64,000 bases of DNA from Candidatus Latescibacterota bacterium (GCA_965208105.1 OZ242318.1:896001-960000), one strand, 5' to 3'; positions 30,041 through 40,311 are shown, numbered from the stretch's first letter. Notes: generated by a model from the letters alone, not told the origin. Program-made: numbers and translations.

Positions 30041-30955
30041 ATGAAAACGATCACTCCCTACGCGGAGTGCACCGGTCTTCTGAACGACCCGGAGCAACTC
30101 AGGACGGCGGCGGCGGAAAGGGGATATCTCTTCTTCCGGGGCCTTTTTCCTCCTGAAGACCTGCTGGCCGTGCGCCGCGACGTGCTCCGGGTAGCGAAGC
30201 GCCACGGGTTTCTCAGGCACGGGAGCAACCCTGAGGACGGCATAGCGCGGGATGGGGTATTCGTGAGCGAAAACGCCCCTACTCCGGAATACAGGAGCTA
30301 CTACAACGACGTGCTCAGGCTGCGCAGTTTCCATGCCCTCGCCCATCACCCGGCATTGCTGCAGGTGCTGCGAAAATTGTTCGGGGAGCTTGTCCTCGTC
30401 CATCCCCGGCACATCTGCCATACCGTTTTCCCGGGGAGGAAGCAGTTTACGACCCCTCCCCATCAGGACTTCCATCCCGTGCGAGGCACTCCCGACACCT
30501 GGACAGTATGGACTCCGCTGGGAGATTGCGGCCCTGAACTGGGGGGCGGCCTCGGAATTGTCCCGGGTTCACACCTGAGAGGAATGATAGCCGGCGATGA
30601 TGATTCGATTGAGCTGGAGGTGGACCCGGATGCCGGGTGGGTCTGGAGCCCGACGAAATGCGGCGACGTCGTCATGTTCTACAGCCTGTCGATCCACCAG
30701 GCCCGGGACAACGTCAGCGGCGACCGCATCCGCCTTGCCACCAGCTTTCGCAACCAGCCTGCCAGTCACCCGGTGGACGAACACTCCCTGATTCCGCACA
30801 TGCGCTGGCTGGACTGGGACGACATCTACGCGGACTGGCCCGCGGACGATCCGCTCAGGTATTACTGGCGCTCCCTCGACCTCCACGTACAGCCTCACTG
30901 GAAATCCGACAGGGCAGATTCCGCACCGCTGGTGGAATCGATTCAAGAGCGCTAG
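30041..30955 (+). CDS. PhyH-family dioxygenase
   Basis: TPPHQD, VWTPL, VPGSH, SIHQA, R. Confidence 0.85.
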   Translation: MKTITPYAECTGLLNDPEQLRTAAAERGYLFFRGLFPPEDLLAVRRDVLRVAKRHGFLRHGSNPEDGIARDGVFVSENAPTPEYRSYYNDVLRLRSFHALAHHPALLQVLRKLFGELVLVHPRHICHTVFPGRKQFTTPPHQDFHPVRGTPDTWTVWTPLGDCGPELGGGLGIVPGSHLRGMIAGDDDSIELEVDPDAGWVWSPTKCGDVVMFYSLSIHQARDNVSGDRIRLATSFRNQPASHPVDEHSLIPHMRWLDWDDIYADWPADDPLRYYWRSLDLHVQPHWKSDRADSAPLVESIQER

Positions 30956-30994
30956 CGTCCCGGCAATTGCCCGAAAAACGAAGGAAGTGTTTGT

Positions 30995-31891
30995 ATGGCG
31001 CAGGACTGGGTCAACGCCGGCGAAAAGGACGAGTATCTCGTCGACTACCTGTTCGATCTCAATGGATACATCATCCTGAAGGAGGCCGTCGGCAGAGGAG
31101 ACCTGGAGGAGATGAACCAGTGGGTCGACGACCACTGGAGCTACGCAGCCAGCCCGCGGCGCAGCCGCGGCCGCGATTCCGGCACCTGGATCGGCAATGT
31201 GGAGACCCACACCTACAGCGAAGCAGACGGATGCAATTTTCAGAACATCATCGAGGGGGGACCGGTGTTCCGCCGCTTGATAAACCATCCCGCCTGGATC
31301 GGCCATTGCCGCCGCTGGATCAACCCGACCAACGGAATCTCCATTCACGAGAATTTGCTCAACGTCAGGGGGCGGAGCGGCTATATCGGCATCCATTGCG
31401 GAGGCGCCGCCCCCATCAGCTACCTCACCTTCCGTCAGGAAAACACCGGAGAATGGATGGTGGGACAGGTAAACGTCATATGCGCCTTGCGCGACATAGG
31501 CCCCGGAGACGGGGCCACCACGGTCGTGCCAGGGAGCCATAAATCGGCAATGAGGCACCCCATGCTGGTCGGCGAACAGCACGTCTACCGCAGCGACGCG
31601 GCCGCCGGTGACCAGATCGGCATGGAGGAACTCCACCTCGGCGCCGGCGACGTTCTCATGCTCACCGATGCGATTACCCACGGGTCTGCCGGCAGGACAA
31701 ACGAAGGCTTCAGGCGCATCACCCTTTACCGCTATTCACCGAGACTGTTGCGGAGCCGGTTTCACTACGTCCCCAGCCCGGAGCTGCTGGAGCAACTCGA
31801 CGACGAGCAGCGCGAGATCGTGCAACCGATCCCACCCCGGCTCGCCCCCCACCGCAGCATGAGTTACGAGGAACTGCACAGGGCAGGTTGA
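30995..31891 (+). CDS. PhyH-family Fe/2OG enzyme with HxG instead of HxD
   Basis: YLFDLNGY, IHCGG, GATTVVPGSHK, ITHGS, RR. Confidence 0.8.
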   Translation: MAQDWVNAGEKDEYLVDYLFDLNGYIILKEAVGRGDLEEMNQWVDDHWSYAASPRRSRGRDSGTWIGNVETHTYSEADGCNFQNIIEGGPVFRRLINHPAWIGHCRRWINPTNGISIHENLLNVRGRSGYIGIHCGGAAPISYLTFRQENTGEWMVGQVNVICALRDIGPGDGATTVVPGSHKSAMRHPMLVGEQHVYRSDAAAGDQIGMEELHLGAGDVLMLTDAITHGSAGRTNEGFRRITLYRYSPRLLRSRFHYVPSPELLEQLDDEQREIVQPIPPRLAPHRSMSYEELHRAG

Positions 31892-31924
31892 AGACCGGTA
31901 GCCCCGGGGCGGGGGCGGGACGGG

Positions 31925-32668
31925 TCAGCCACGGCTGCCGAAAACCAGTGGCAGGTCATCGCCCTCGTCGGGATGCGGAGGCGCGGCAGCATCCACGTAA
32001 GAATAAGCGAAGGCGCGCCGCGGTTCAGGGGTCGGGTTGACCCCGGAGCGGTGGGCCACCAAGCCATGCAGCAGGATCGCCTCTCCCGGGTCTGCCTCCA
32101 GGTCGACAATTTTCCCTGAGGGCGGCTCTTCCTTCAACCAATTCTCAGGGGCGGACCGGTTGCTGCCGGGTACTATCTGCATGCATCCCTTGGCCAGCGT
32201 GGCGCTGTCCAGCGCCGTCCACACGTTGGTCATTTCAAAGCCCTTGTAGTCCGAGTCTCTGTGCCAGGGCAGTTCAGTCCCCTGGCGGGCGGGTTTGTTG
32301 AACAACATGGCCCGGTAGCTGGCGACGTTTTCGCCGATCAAACGGCGGGTTATGGAGCGGAAGAGCGGGTGGCGCATGTAGGCCAGGAACTGCCGGTCCA
32401 GGTCCATCCGGTCTATTCTCCTGTACTGGAGAGTGGCCATTTCGTGCCGGGTGGTCTTGCCGATCCTGTCTTCGTAGGATCCGGTCTTGCTGTCCAGCTC
32501 GTAGCGCATGCCCTCATAGCGCACTTCCCCCATCATGATGGCGTCGGCCCGCTCCTGCAAAGCGGCCAGATCCTGCGGCGATAGAAGCTTCCCCAGACGC
32601 AGGTACCCCTGGTCCATGAAGGTTTTGTATTCCCGATCTCCAAATGACTGTGGTGACGGCGGCGACAT
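31925..32668 (-). CDS. PhyH-family dioxygenase
   Basis: FNKP, LPWHRD, GCMQIVPGS, AHRSGVN, RR. Confidence 0.85.
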   Translation of the reverse strand: MSPPSPQSFGDREYKTFMDQGYLRLGKLLSPQDLAALQERADAIMMGEVRYEGMRYELDSKTGSYEDRIGKTTRHEMATLQYRRIDRMDLDRQFLAYMRHPLFRSITRRLIGENVASYRAMLFNKPARQGTELPWHRDSDYKGFEMTNVWTALDSATLAKGCMQIVPGSNRSAPENWLKEEPPSGKIVDLEADPGEAILLHGLVAHRSGVNPTPEPRRAFAYSYVDAAAPPHPDEGDDLPLVFGSRG

Positions 32669-33004
32669 GTGGACGACCTCCTGGAAACGGCGAAACGGGT
32701 TTTCGGAGAATCCCGGGCATCGGCGCCCGGGATCTACGGGCCCTGGCTGCTATCCGGATTCACCCCCCAGGCCCGATGCCTGCAGGCTGTCGGCTTCGGG
32801 CGGCGGATAAAATACGGCAATGTCACCTCGCCATCCAGGGCCGAAGCCCTCGGCTCAGGAGGTGGAAACTGTACTTCGGGCGGCCACACTCTGCACTGGA
32901 ACCCAGCCGATATTCCATCCTTGACGGAGGGTCCGGAAAAATACTCTATCTTGCCTGACCATCCCCAATCGGCAATGGGAAAGATTTCAATCGAGGGAAA
33001 GAAC

Positions 33005-33297
33005 ATGAAGGCGATCCAGATCGTTGCCCCGGAAAGGGTCGAGCTCGTCGACCTTCCGCCCACCCGGAAAGCAACTGGGTGGACCTGGCCCTGGCCCAGG
33101 ACAAGGAGATCACCTGCCATACCACCGGGGGCTGGAACAGGGAGCGCATGGAGGCCGCCCTCGCCGCACTGGCCGACGGAGCCTTCCAGGTGACCCCGCT
33201 GATCACTCACCAGGTGGACTGGCGGGCAGCCCCTTCGGCCTACGGGCGTCTGGTGCGCGACCGGAGCGAAGACGCCCTGCGCATCGTCATCCGCTAG
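33005..33297 (+). pseudogene. Zn-dependent (MDR) dehydrogenase relic with large internal deletion
   Basis: MKAIQIVAPERVELVDLP (MDR N-terminus) followed within about 20 nt by C-terminal DLALAQDKEI...VTPLITHQV...AY...LRIVI in another frame. Confidence 0.75.
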
Positions 33298-33314
33298 ACC
33301 TGAGACAAACCATT

Positions 33315-34004
33315 ATGATTCTGCACATCACCCGGCATGGGCAGATTCTCCCTCCCGCAGACGCGGGTGACGGAGGTATGCCCGATCTGGATCCCCGCCT
33401 CAGCCCCCTGGGGCGCCGCCAGGCCTCTTTTCTCGGGCGTCGCCTGCAGGAAGCCGGCTTCAGCGGGCCGGTATATGCTTCCCCCTTCCGGCGCACGGCA
33501 GAGACCGCCCAGATCGTCGCCGAAACGGCGGGGTCGGAGGTCGTCCTGGCCCCCAGCCTGCGCGAGTCCAACGGCGACGGCGGGCACATGGACCGATTTC
33601 TCGGGCCGACGGGGACCATTCTCCAGGCCGAGTTCCCGCGCATCCGGGCGGGAGAAAATCTGGCCTACCCGTGGTGGACGACAGGTCCCGAGACTCCCGG
33701 AGACGTCGAGGCGCGGGTCGGCCCCCTGGTGGAGGAGCTGGAGGGCCGGGGCCGGGAAGTTCTTCTCGTCGGACACGCCGCCTCGGTGGGCGCCGCGACG
33801 CGCCACCTTCTGAGCAAGTACGCCCCGGAGTTGCTGGGCGAACCGCGGTTCAGCTGGAACTGCATGCTCACCTCATTCAGCCTCCTTCCCCAATTCCGCT
33901 GCCTGGAACTCGCCTCCACCTCCCATCTCCCACCTGACAGCATGACCTCCAATGGCAAGACCCGCGCCGAGGTAATGAAAATTCTGGGAAGAAAAGGTGA
34001 ATAG
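33315..34004 (+). CDS. Histidine phosphatase family protein
   Basis: ITRHGQ, LSPLGRRQA, ASPFRRT.ETA, LRE, LLVGH. Confidence 0.85.
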   Translation: MILHITRHGQILPPADAGDGGMPDLDPRLSPLGRRQASFLGRRLQEAGFSGPVYASPFRRTAETAQIVAETAGSEVVLAPSLRESNGDGGHMDRFLGPTGTILQAEFPRIRAGENLAYPWWTTGPETPGDVEARVGPLVEELEGRGREVLLVGHAASVGAATRHLLSKYAPELLGEPRFSWNCMLTSFSLLPQFRCLELASTSHLPPDSMTSNGKTRAEVMKILGRKGE

Positions 34005-36075
34005 CAGGATGAAGCGGGCAAAACCCCTGGCGGTGGTTGAAGGGCAGGTGCGAAACCGGATCTCGGGAGAGGGCATGGCCGGGGTGCTGGTGTCCAACGG
34101 GGAGCAGGTTGCCCCATCAGGACCGGACGGCTCCTACGTTCTGAAGGCGGGACCGGAACCCACCCTGGTCTGGGTGGTGGTTCCGGATGGGTTTGCGGCC
34201 GCCGGTCCGTTCTACGCGCACACCAGGTCCACCGGCGATTCCGCGGATTTCGAGCTCGCTCCGGCACCTCCTCCCGGCAGCGGCCGGCTCAAGGTAGTCC
34301 AGGTCAGCGATTTTCACCTGGGGGAAACCGGCGGGAAGAGGCACGGCCTGGACGATCTTACCGCGGACCTGCGGCAAATCGCCGCCCGCGAGGCCCCCGA
34401 CCTCATCGTCGCCAGCGGCGACCTCACCCATGCGGGATCGCTCGAGCAGTTGCGCCTCTGCCGCTCCGCCTTCGAGGCGCTCGACATCCCCGTACTGCCG
34501 TTCTTCGGCGGACACGACGGCCGCGAAGAACGGCTGGCATCGGGGCCCGGCGCCACCTGGACGCGCAACTACGAAGAGGTCTTCGGACCTCCCTACTACA
34601 GCTTCGATCGAGGCGGAAGGCATTGGATCCTCTATTCAAATGAAGAAGGCTGCTTTTCACCCGCCGACAGGAAACGCAAGTCGGCCTGGCTGCGAAAAGA
34701 CCTGGAGATGCAGCCGGCGCACAAGGAGATCGTCGTCCTCGTTCATGCGACCCCCTCCCTGGACTTCATCGAGGAGCTGAGCCGCTTTCATGTGCGGATA
34801 CTGCTCCATGGTCACCGCCACGCCAACAAGGTATACCTTCACCGCGGCATGGAGGTGGCCTCCACCCCTCCCCTGTGCTTCGGAGGAACGGACACCTCGG
34901 CGCGGGGCTACCGCGTCCTGGACTTCGCACCCGGAGCGGCCACCCGGTACCGCGCCCTGCAGCATCCGCTTGCAGAGGAAGCCCGGCCCTCAGCACGCGC
35001 ACACTCGCAGCCGGAGTTGCGCCGAGTGTGGGAGTACCTCCTGCCCGGAGGGCTTCACCGCGCCGCTCCGGTCTGCAAAGGCGGCCGCGTCGTGGCAAGC
35101 TCCGGGGACGGCAGCCCCGGAAGCGGCACGGGACTCCACTGCCTCGATGCTGTGAGCGGCCGCCTGCTCTGGCGCGGAAGGACGGACTCCGCCGTCAAGG
35201 GCAGCGCAGCCCTGGACGACGCGGGGCGCTGCGCCGCGGTTTCCGCGGCCGGGAGGCTCTTTGTCCTTGACGCGCGCAGCGGCGCCTGCCGGTGGACCGC
35301 AGACCTGCCTGGGTATCCCGAGCGCTGGATCTATTCTTCACCCGCTATTTGGGGAGGGGCGGTCTACGCCGGGTCCAACGCCGGATACGGTGCCTATGAC
35401 CTGGCGACGGGTGACCTGCGGTGGTACACCTCCTTCGTGGGCGATGCCATCCGCATCATCGACAAGCCCTCCCATTCCAGTGCCGTGGTATGGCAAAACC
35501 GGTTGGTCGCAGCTCTGCCCAAACGGGGCATCCTGGGTATGCACCTCGGCAGCGGCGGTGTGGCCTGGGAGCTGGAAGCAGGCCTTGCGCCCCACTGTTG
35601 CTCGCCGGTCCCGCATGGGGACACGGTGCTATGCCCGGGACAGGACGGCGAACTGATCGCGGTCGAGGCCGAGTCGGGCACGCCGGTCTGGCGAAGGGCA
35701 TTGCCTTCAGGAGGGTTCCCCACCGGCCTTGCGCCTGCCGGGGACAAAATCTACGCGGCAACCTCTGCCGGAGAGGTCCATTGCCTGGACCGGCGCAGCG
35801 GCGAGGCCGAATGGATCTTCGCCGGCGGGGAGGACCTGGTCGACATGGTCCCGAAGGGCAGAGGCGGGCGCTCCTTCCTGGCCGCGCCCTTGGTATGGCG
35901 AAAATGGGTGGTGGTTTGCGGCAACGACGGGTTCGTCTCCATGCTGGACCCGGGGAGTGGGAAGTGCCTGGACCGAACGCCCGTGGGGGCGCCTGTCAGT
36001 GCGGACCCTTGCCAGGCCGGGGACGGCCTGTGCATCGGCACCTGGGACGGCCGCCTCCTTTACCTGTGCGGATGA
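33997..36075 (+). CDS. Calcineurin-like metallophosphoesterase fused to PQQ-like beta-propeller (copy 1)
   Basis: N-terminal VSNG..GPDGSY module; SDFH, SGDLTH, GGHD, HGHRH; C-terminal propeller blades. Confidence 0.8.
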   Translation: MNSRMKRAKPLAVVEGQVRNRISGEGMAGVLVSNGEQVAPSGPDGSYVLKAGPEPTLVWVVVPDGFAAAGPFYAHTRSTGDSADFELAPAPPPGSGRLKVVQVSDFHLGETGGKRHGLDDLTADLRQIAAREAPDLIVASGDLTHAGSLEQLRLCRSAFEALDIPVLPFFGGHDGREERLASGPGATWTRNYEEVFGPPYYSFDRGGRHWILYSNEEGCFSPADRKRKSAWLRKDLEMQPAHKEIVVLVHATPSLDFIEELSRFHVRILLHGHRHANKVYLHRGMEVASTPPLCFGGTDTSARGYRVLDFAPGAATRYRALQHPLAEEARPSARAHSQPELRRVWEYLLPGGLHRAAPVCKGGRVVASSGDGSPGSGTGLHCLDAVSGRLLWRGRTDSAVKGSAALDDAGRCAAVSAAGRLFVLDARSGACRWTADLPGYPERWIYSSPAIWGGAVYAGSNAGYGAYDLATGDLRWYTSFVGDAIRIIDKPSHSSAVVWQNRLVAALPKRGILGMHLGSGGVAWELEAGLAPHCCSPVPHGDTVLCPGQDGELIAVEAESGTPVWRRALPSGGFPTGLAPAGDKIYAATSAGEVHCLDRRSGEAEWIFAGGEDLVDMVPKGRGGRSFLAAPLVWRKWVVVCGNDGFVSMLDPGSGKCLDRTPVGAPVSADPCQAGDGLCIGTWDGRLLYLCG

Positions 36076-36076
36076 G

Positions 36077-38215
36077 ATGAGGATACAGGGGAGAGTACGG
36101 AGCACTTCAGCGGCCGCGGGCATGGCCGGAGTGGCCGTTTCGAACGGAGAGCATGTGGTCCGCACCGGGGGAGACGGATCCTACCAACTGCAGGTGGAAC
36201 CCGGAGGGCACGCCTTTGTGTGGGTAGTCACCCCCGATGGCTTCCGTCCGGCCGAATCCTTCTACCGGGCGGTTGCGGGTCCTGACCAGGCGCTGGATTT
36301 CGACCTCGTTCCCGCGCCCGAGCGCCTCCGGCGTGCGTTCAGACTCGCCCACATCACCGACCTTCATCTGATCGTAGACCGGCGGTACGCCGGTTGGGAG
36401 CTGACCTCGGCGGCCTGCCTGGAAAAGAGCCTCGCCGATCTCGCGCGCGAGGCAGAGCCCGATCTCATAGTCGCCGGTGGGGACCTGACCAACCACGGTA
36501 GCCTGGATGAGATGGAAGCCGTTCACCAGGTGCTAGCCGGGGTGGAACCCCCGCTGTTCCCCCTGTTCGGCAACCACGACGGCAGCGAGGAGCGGCGCCT
36601 CCAACTGGCGCGCGAGGGCAAGGCCGACCTCACCTTCACGCGCCATTACGAACGCTTCTTCGGCCCCCCCTACTACAGCTTCGACTGGGGCGGCCGCCAC
36701 TTCGTGCTGCTGATGGATTTCGACCGCTGCTTCTCCCCCCGGGACCGCCGGCGCAAATCGGCGTGGCTGCGGGCGGACCTGCGCATGCAGCCCCCGGACA
36801 GGGAAATCATCCTCGTTCAGCACGGACCCCCGGCGGCAGATTTCCTCGAGAGCCTCGGGGACTTCAACGTCCGCTTCCTGCTCTACGGCCACCGCCACGC
36901 CAGCAAGGTCTTTTCCTGGGGAGACACGGCGGTGATGTGCACCCCGCCCCTGTGTTTCGGCGGCGCCGACAACACCCCCTGCGGCTACCGCCTGCTGGAC
37001 TTCACCGATTCAGGCGCCAGCTCCAGGCTCGCGGCGCTCCAGGGTGGGGCGCTGCGGCAACCCCAGGTCAGGGGAATCGACCTCCGCCATGGCCGGCTGA
37101 AGCTGCTGCGGCAGGTGCGGATTCCGGGAGGCCTGCACCCACCCGGACCGGTTTGCGCCGGGGACGCGGTCCTGGTCAGCCTCAGGGACGAAGACCTTCA
37201 GGGCGCCCCGGGAGTCCGATCTATCGATCCGGCCAGCGGAGAAATCCGGTGGACCTTTCGCTCGGAGGCTTCCATCAAGAACAAGGCCGCCCTCTCCACA
37301 GGGGGCCTGTGCGCCGCGGTTTCGGTGTCCGGGCGCGTATTCCTGCTCGAAACCGCCACCGGGAGACTGCGGTGGTCGGCCGACCTTCCCGGGTATCCCG
37401 AGCTGTTCGCCTATTCGTCCCCGGTATTTGCCGGGGATGCCGTGTACGTGGCGGAGAAGGATGCCTGCGCCGCCTACAGCCTGGAAAAGGGGGAGATGCT
37501 GTGGAGCCGCATCCTCAACCCGCGCGGCCAGGGCGCCGCCGCCTTCCGGCGCGGTGTCGCTGGCAGGGACGTGCCCTGCTATAGCAGCCCCCTGGTCCAT
37601 GGGGACCTGCTGCTTGCAGGGGTCGCGGGCCGCGGCCTGCTGGGATTGCAGCTGAACAGCGGGGAAACCGCCTGGGAGTACGAGGCCCCTGGATTAAATA
37701 ACGAGGGCGCCGCGCCCGTGCTGGTAGGGGATCTTCTGGTCAGCGCCGGCGCGGAGAACAGCCTGGCGGTCGTCCATGCGGGCTCGGGAGAACCGGTCTG
37801 GCACGAAGAGGTGCTGCCAGACCGCTACCCCACCGGACTGGCCGTTGCCGCAGAACGCATCTACGCGGCGACCCCGGCCGGCGGGATCCGCTGTTGCGAT
37901 TTGCACTCCGGCGAGGTATACTGGAGCTTTGAAACCGGTGCGGACCTGCTCGACATGGTGCCTCGGCGCAGAGGGCTGAGCTCTGTCCTGGCCCCTCCGG
38001 TGGAGCAGGGGGAACAGGTCCTGGTGAGCGGCAACGACGGCTGCCTCTACATCCTCGACGGCGCCAGCGGCGAGTGCGAGAGCAGGACCGATTTCGGCGC
38101 GCCGCTCGTGGCTTCCCCCTGTTCGAGCGCGGAGGGGTTGTGCATCGGGACCTGGGACGGCCGTCTCTATTTCTTCGCCCATTGCAAACGCGACTTCGGA
38201 TGCCCGGGTTCGTGA
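36077..38215 (+). CDS. Calcineurin-like metallophosphoesterase fused to PQQ-like beta-propeller (copy 2)
   Basis: Same architecture; TDLH, GGDLTN, GNHD, YGHRH; clearly paralogous to copy 1. Confidence 0.8.
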   Translation: MRIQGRVRSTSAAAGMAGVAVSNGEHVVRTGGDGSYQLQVEPGGHAFVWVVTPDGFRPAESFYRAVAGPDQALDFDLVPAPERLRRAFRLAHITDLHLIVDRRYAGWELTSAACLEKSLADLAREAEPDLIVAGGDLTNHGSLDEMEAVHQVLAGVEPPLFPLFGNHDGSEERRLQLAREGKADLTFTRHYERFFGPPYYSFDWGGRHFVLLMDFDRCFSPRDRRRKSAWLRADLRMQPPDREIILVQHGPPAADFLESLGDFNVRFLLYGHRHASKVFSWGDTAVMCTPPLCFGGADNTPCGYRLLDFTDSGASSRLAALQGGALRQPQVRGIDLRHGRLKLLRQVRIPGGLHPPGPVCAGDAVLVSLRDEDLQGAPGVRSIDPASGEIRWTFRSEASIKNKAALSTGGLCAAVSVSGRVFLLETATGRLRWSADLPGYPELFAYSSPVFAGDAVYVAEKDACAAYSLEKGEMLWSRILNPRGQGAAAFRRGVAGRDVPCYSSPLVHGDLLLAGVAGRGLLGLQLNSGETAWEYEAPGLNNEGAAPVLVGDLLVSAGAENSLAVVHAGSGEPVWHEEVLPDRYPTGLAVAAERIYAATPAGGIRCCDLHSGEVYWSFETGADLLDMVPRRRGLSSVLAPPVEQGEQVLVSGNDGCLYILDGASGECESRTDFGAPLVASPCSSAEGLCIGTWDGRLYFFAHCKRDFGCPGS

Positions 38216-38245
38216 TCTGGAGAAACCCCTGACCCCACCAACGGC

Positions 38246-39619
38246 ATGGAACTGAAATTCGATCCGTCCAACGGCGACCGCCAGTTGTTTCTGGACGACG
38301 AGGGAGTCGCCCGCCGGCACAACCTGACCAGCACCATGCACCGGCCGGTGAAGAAGGGCGCCGTTATCCGCCCCCGGGTCGAGGCGGGAGAAATCTGCCT
38401 GCAGATGCGCACGACTCCCGTCTGGGACCCGCAGGAGGGGGTCTTCAAGCTGTGGGACGGGGGCGCCCGCCGAGAGAGCGTCGACGGCCTCAACTGGAAG
38501 GTGGTGGGACCCCACCAAGGTCCGGGCGCGGTGGTCCTCGACCCGGACGATCCCGATCCGGAGCGCCGCTTCAAGGCCTTTACCCCGGGGACCCGGGCGG
38601 TATCGGCCGATGGCGTCGAGTGGTCCATTCTGGATTTGCCACCCGTGCCCAGCGACGACGAGCACAACTTCTCCTTCGACTCCAGGGGCCGCCTGTTCAT
38701 CGCCACGGTGAAGCACAAGGGACCCCGGGGGCGATCGGTGTGGCTCTCCACCAGCGGGGACTTCGATTCGTGGACCGAGCCCGAGCTGGTCTTTCACGCC
38801 GACGATCCTGACCAGCTCTTGGGGCGCGAGCACATCGCCCGGCGCTTCGCCGATTCCTCCCTGCACCGCCCCTATTTCAACTTCCCGCCATCCTACCGGG
38901 TCGAGATCTACAACATGTCGGCTTTCCGCTACGAGAGCATCTACGTCGGCATGCCCATGATGTACCACCAGACCGGCAAGGTCGCGGCGCGATGGCCGCA
39001 ATTCGCCGACTGGGAGATCCCCGAGGAACTGCGCGTCATCTTCCAGCGCGACGGCGACTGGTCGGGCTTTCACCACGTCCAACTGGCCTGCAGCCGGGAC
39101 CTGCGCCACTGGCGGCGCCTCGGTCAACGCCGGCCCTTTCTCGACCTTTCACCCCTGGGCGGCGGCGACCTGGACCTGACCTCCGTCGTCGGGCCTTCCT
39201 ACCCCCTGGTGCGCGGCAATGAACTGTGGCTCTACTACACCGCCGGGAAGCAATACGGCGGTCCGGAGCCGATGCGCGGCGTGGCCCGGGAGGGATGCGG
39301 CATCTGCCTGGCGGTTCTGCGCCGCGACGGGTTCGTCTCACTCGACGCGGGAGACGAGGAGGGAACGGTCGACACCAGAACCTTCCGGCTTCGCGGAGAG
39401 AGGCTGAGCGCCAACGTGGACGCCGCGGGAGGCGAAGTGAGGGCGGCGGCCATATCACCGGAGGGCGAGGTGCTGTGCTCCTCGGAGCCCCTTAGAGGCG
39501 ATCTCCCGGAGCAGGAGCTCCGCTGGAGCAGGGGCGACCTGGGAAGCCTCCAGGGCCGCGAGGTCTCTCTGCGTTTCGCACTGCGCCGGGCGCGGTTCTA
39601 TTCCTACTGGATCGAATGA
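38246..39619 (+). CDS. Glycoside-hydrolase-like five-bladed propeller protein with C-terminal beta-sandwich
   Basis: RQLFLDD, WDP...FKLW, S.DF.SW, QLACSRD...W, LRRDGFVSL. Confidence 0.6.
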   Translation: MELKFDPSNGDRQLFLDDEGVARRHNLTSTMHRPVKKGAVIRPRVEAGEICLQMRTTPVWDPQEGVFKLWDGGARRESVDGLNWKVVGPHQGPGAVVLDPDDPDPERRFKAFTPGTRAVSADGVEWSILDLPPVPSDDEHNFSFDSRGRLFIATVKHKGPRGRSVWLSTSGDFDSWTEPELVFHADDPDQLLGREHIARRFADSSLHRPYFNFPPSYRVEIYNMSAFRYESIYVGMPMMYHQTGKVAARWPQFADWEIPEELRVIFQRDGDWSGFHHVQLACSRDLRHWRRLGQRRPFLDLSPLGGGDLDLTSVVGPSYPLVRGNELWLYYTAGKQYGGPEPMRGVAREGCGICLAVLRRDGFVSLDAGDEEGTVDTRTFRLRGERLSANVDAAGGEVRAAAISPEGEVLCSSEPLRGDLPEQELRWSRGDLGSLQGREVSLRFALRRARFYSYWIE

Positions 39620-40311
39620 CCGGAGGAGGAGATATGAGCAGCGATACGCCTACCTTCGACGCAGCCTGCGAAGCCTATCTCGACAGGGCGACCAGCGACC
39701 CGGCATGGCGCGACCTCTACCGCCGCAGCGTGGAGGAGCTGATGGCGGCCCTGGCTCCAAGTGAGCGCCGGAGGTTCCTGGATTATCTCAACCGGTTCTC
39801 GGTGTTGAACGCCAGCTTCCTGCTGCGCCGGGCGGCCTCGGTCCACGTACTCAGCCTCTACTCCCAGGACGACGAGGAGCTGAGCAGGACCCGGAGGGTG
39901 GCCGCCGCTGAAAACCTCGCGGCCTTCCGGCGCGACTTCATCAGTCCCCCTCCTGGAGAGGAGGAAGGCAAACGTCCGGACGATGCCCCCCTAACGGTTT
40001 TCGAGGCGGCGCTGCGGCAGGTGCAGGGAGGCGCCGCGGAGACCCCGCCCGCTTTCCGGGAGATGACGGCGCAGTGCATCGAGGGGGTGATGGCTGCCTT
40101 CACCGGCGCCCGGAGAGAGGCAATGCATGCCCTGTTCGAGGAGTTCTCGGTGGAAGGGCTGGCCCAGGTATTCCGCCTCTGGATGTGGCATCAGGGCGAG
40201 GAGTCGCGGCGCACCGAGCTGGCGCGGCGGCAGTACGAGCAGTGGAGCCTCAGCTCCGACGAGTCCTACTGGTGGCGCTATCGCCAGGGCGATGCCTGGA
40301 TTTACTTCTGA
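39616..40311 (+). CDS. Hypothetical alpha-helical protein with internal two-fold repeat
   Basis: Translationally coupled within the operon; no recognised family. Confidence 0.6.
   Translation: MTGGGDMSSDTPTFDAACEAYLDRATSDPAWRDLYRRSVEELMAALAPSERRRFLDYLNRFSVLNASFLLRRAASVHVLSLYSQDDEELSRTRRVAAAENLAAFRRDFISPPPGEEEGKRPDDAPLTVFEAALRQVQGGAAETPPAFREMTAQCIEGVMAAFTGARREAMHALFEEFSVEGLAQVFRLWMWHQGEESRRTELARRQYEQWSLSSDESYWWRYRQGDAWIYF

Noticed and set aside
35729-36076. N-terminal extension of the 828-aa ORF
   Set aside because: Overlaps the upstream paralogue; homology between the copies starts at ATG 36077.
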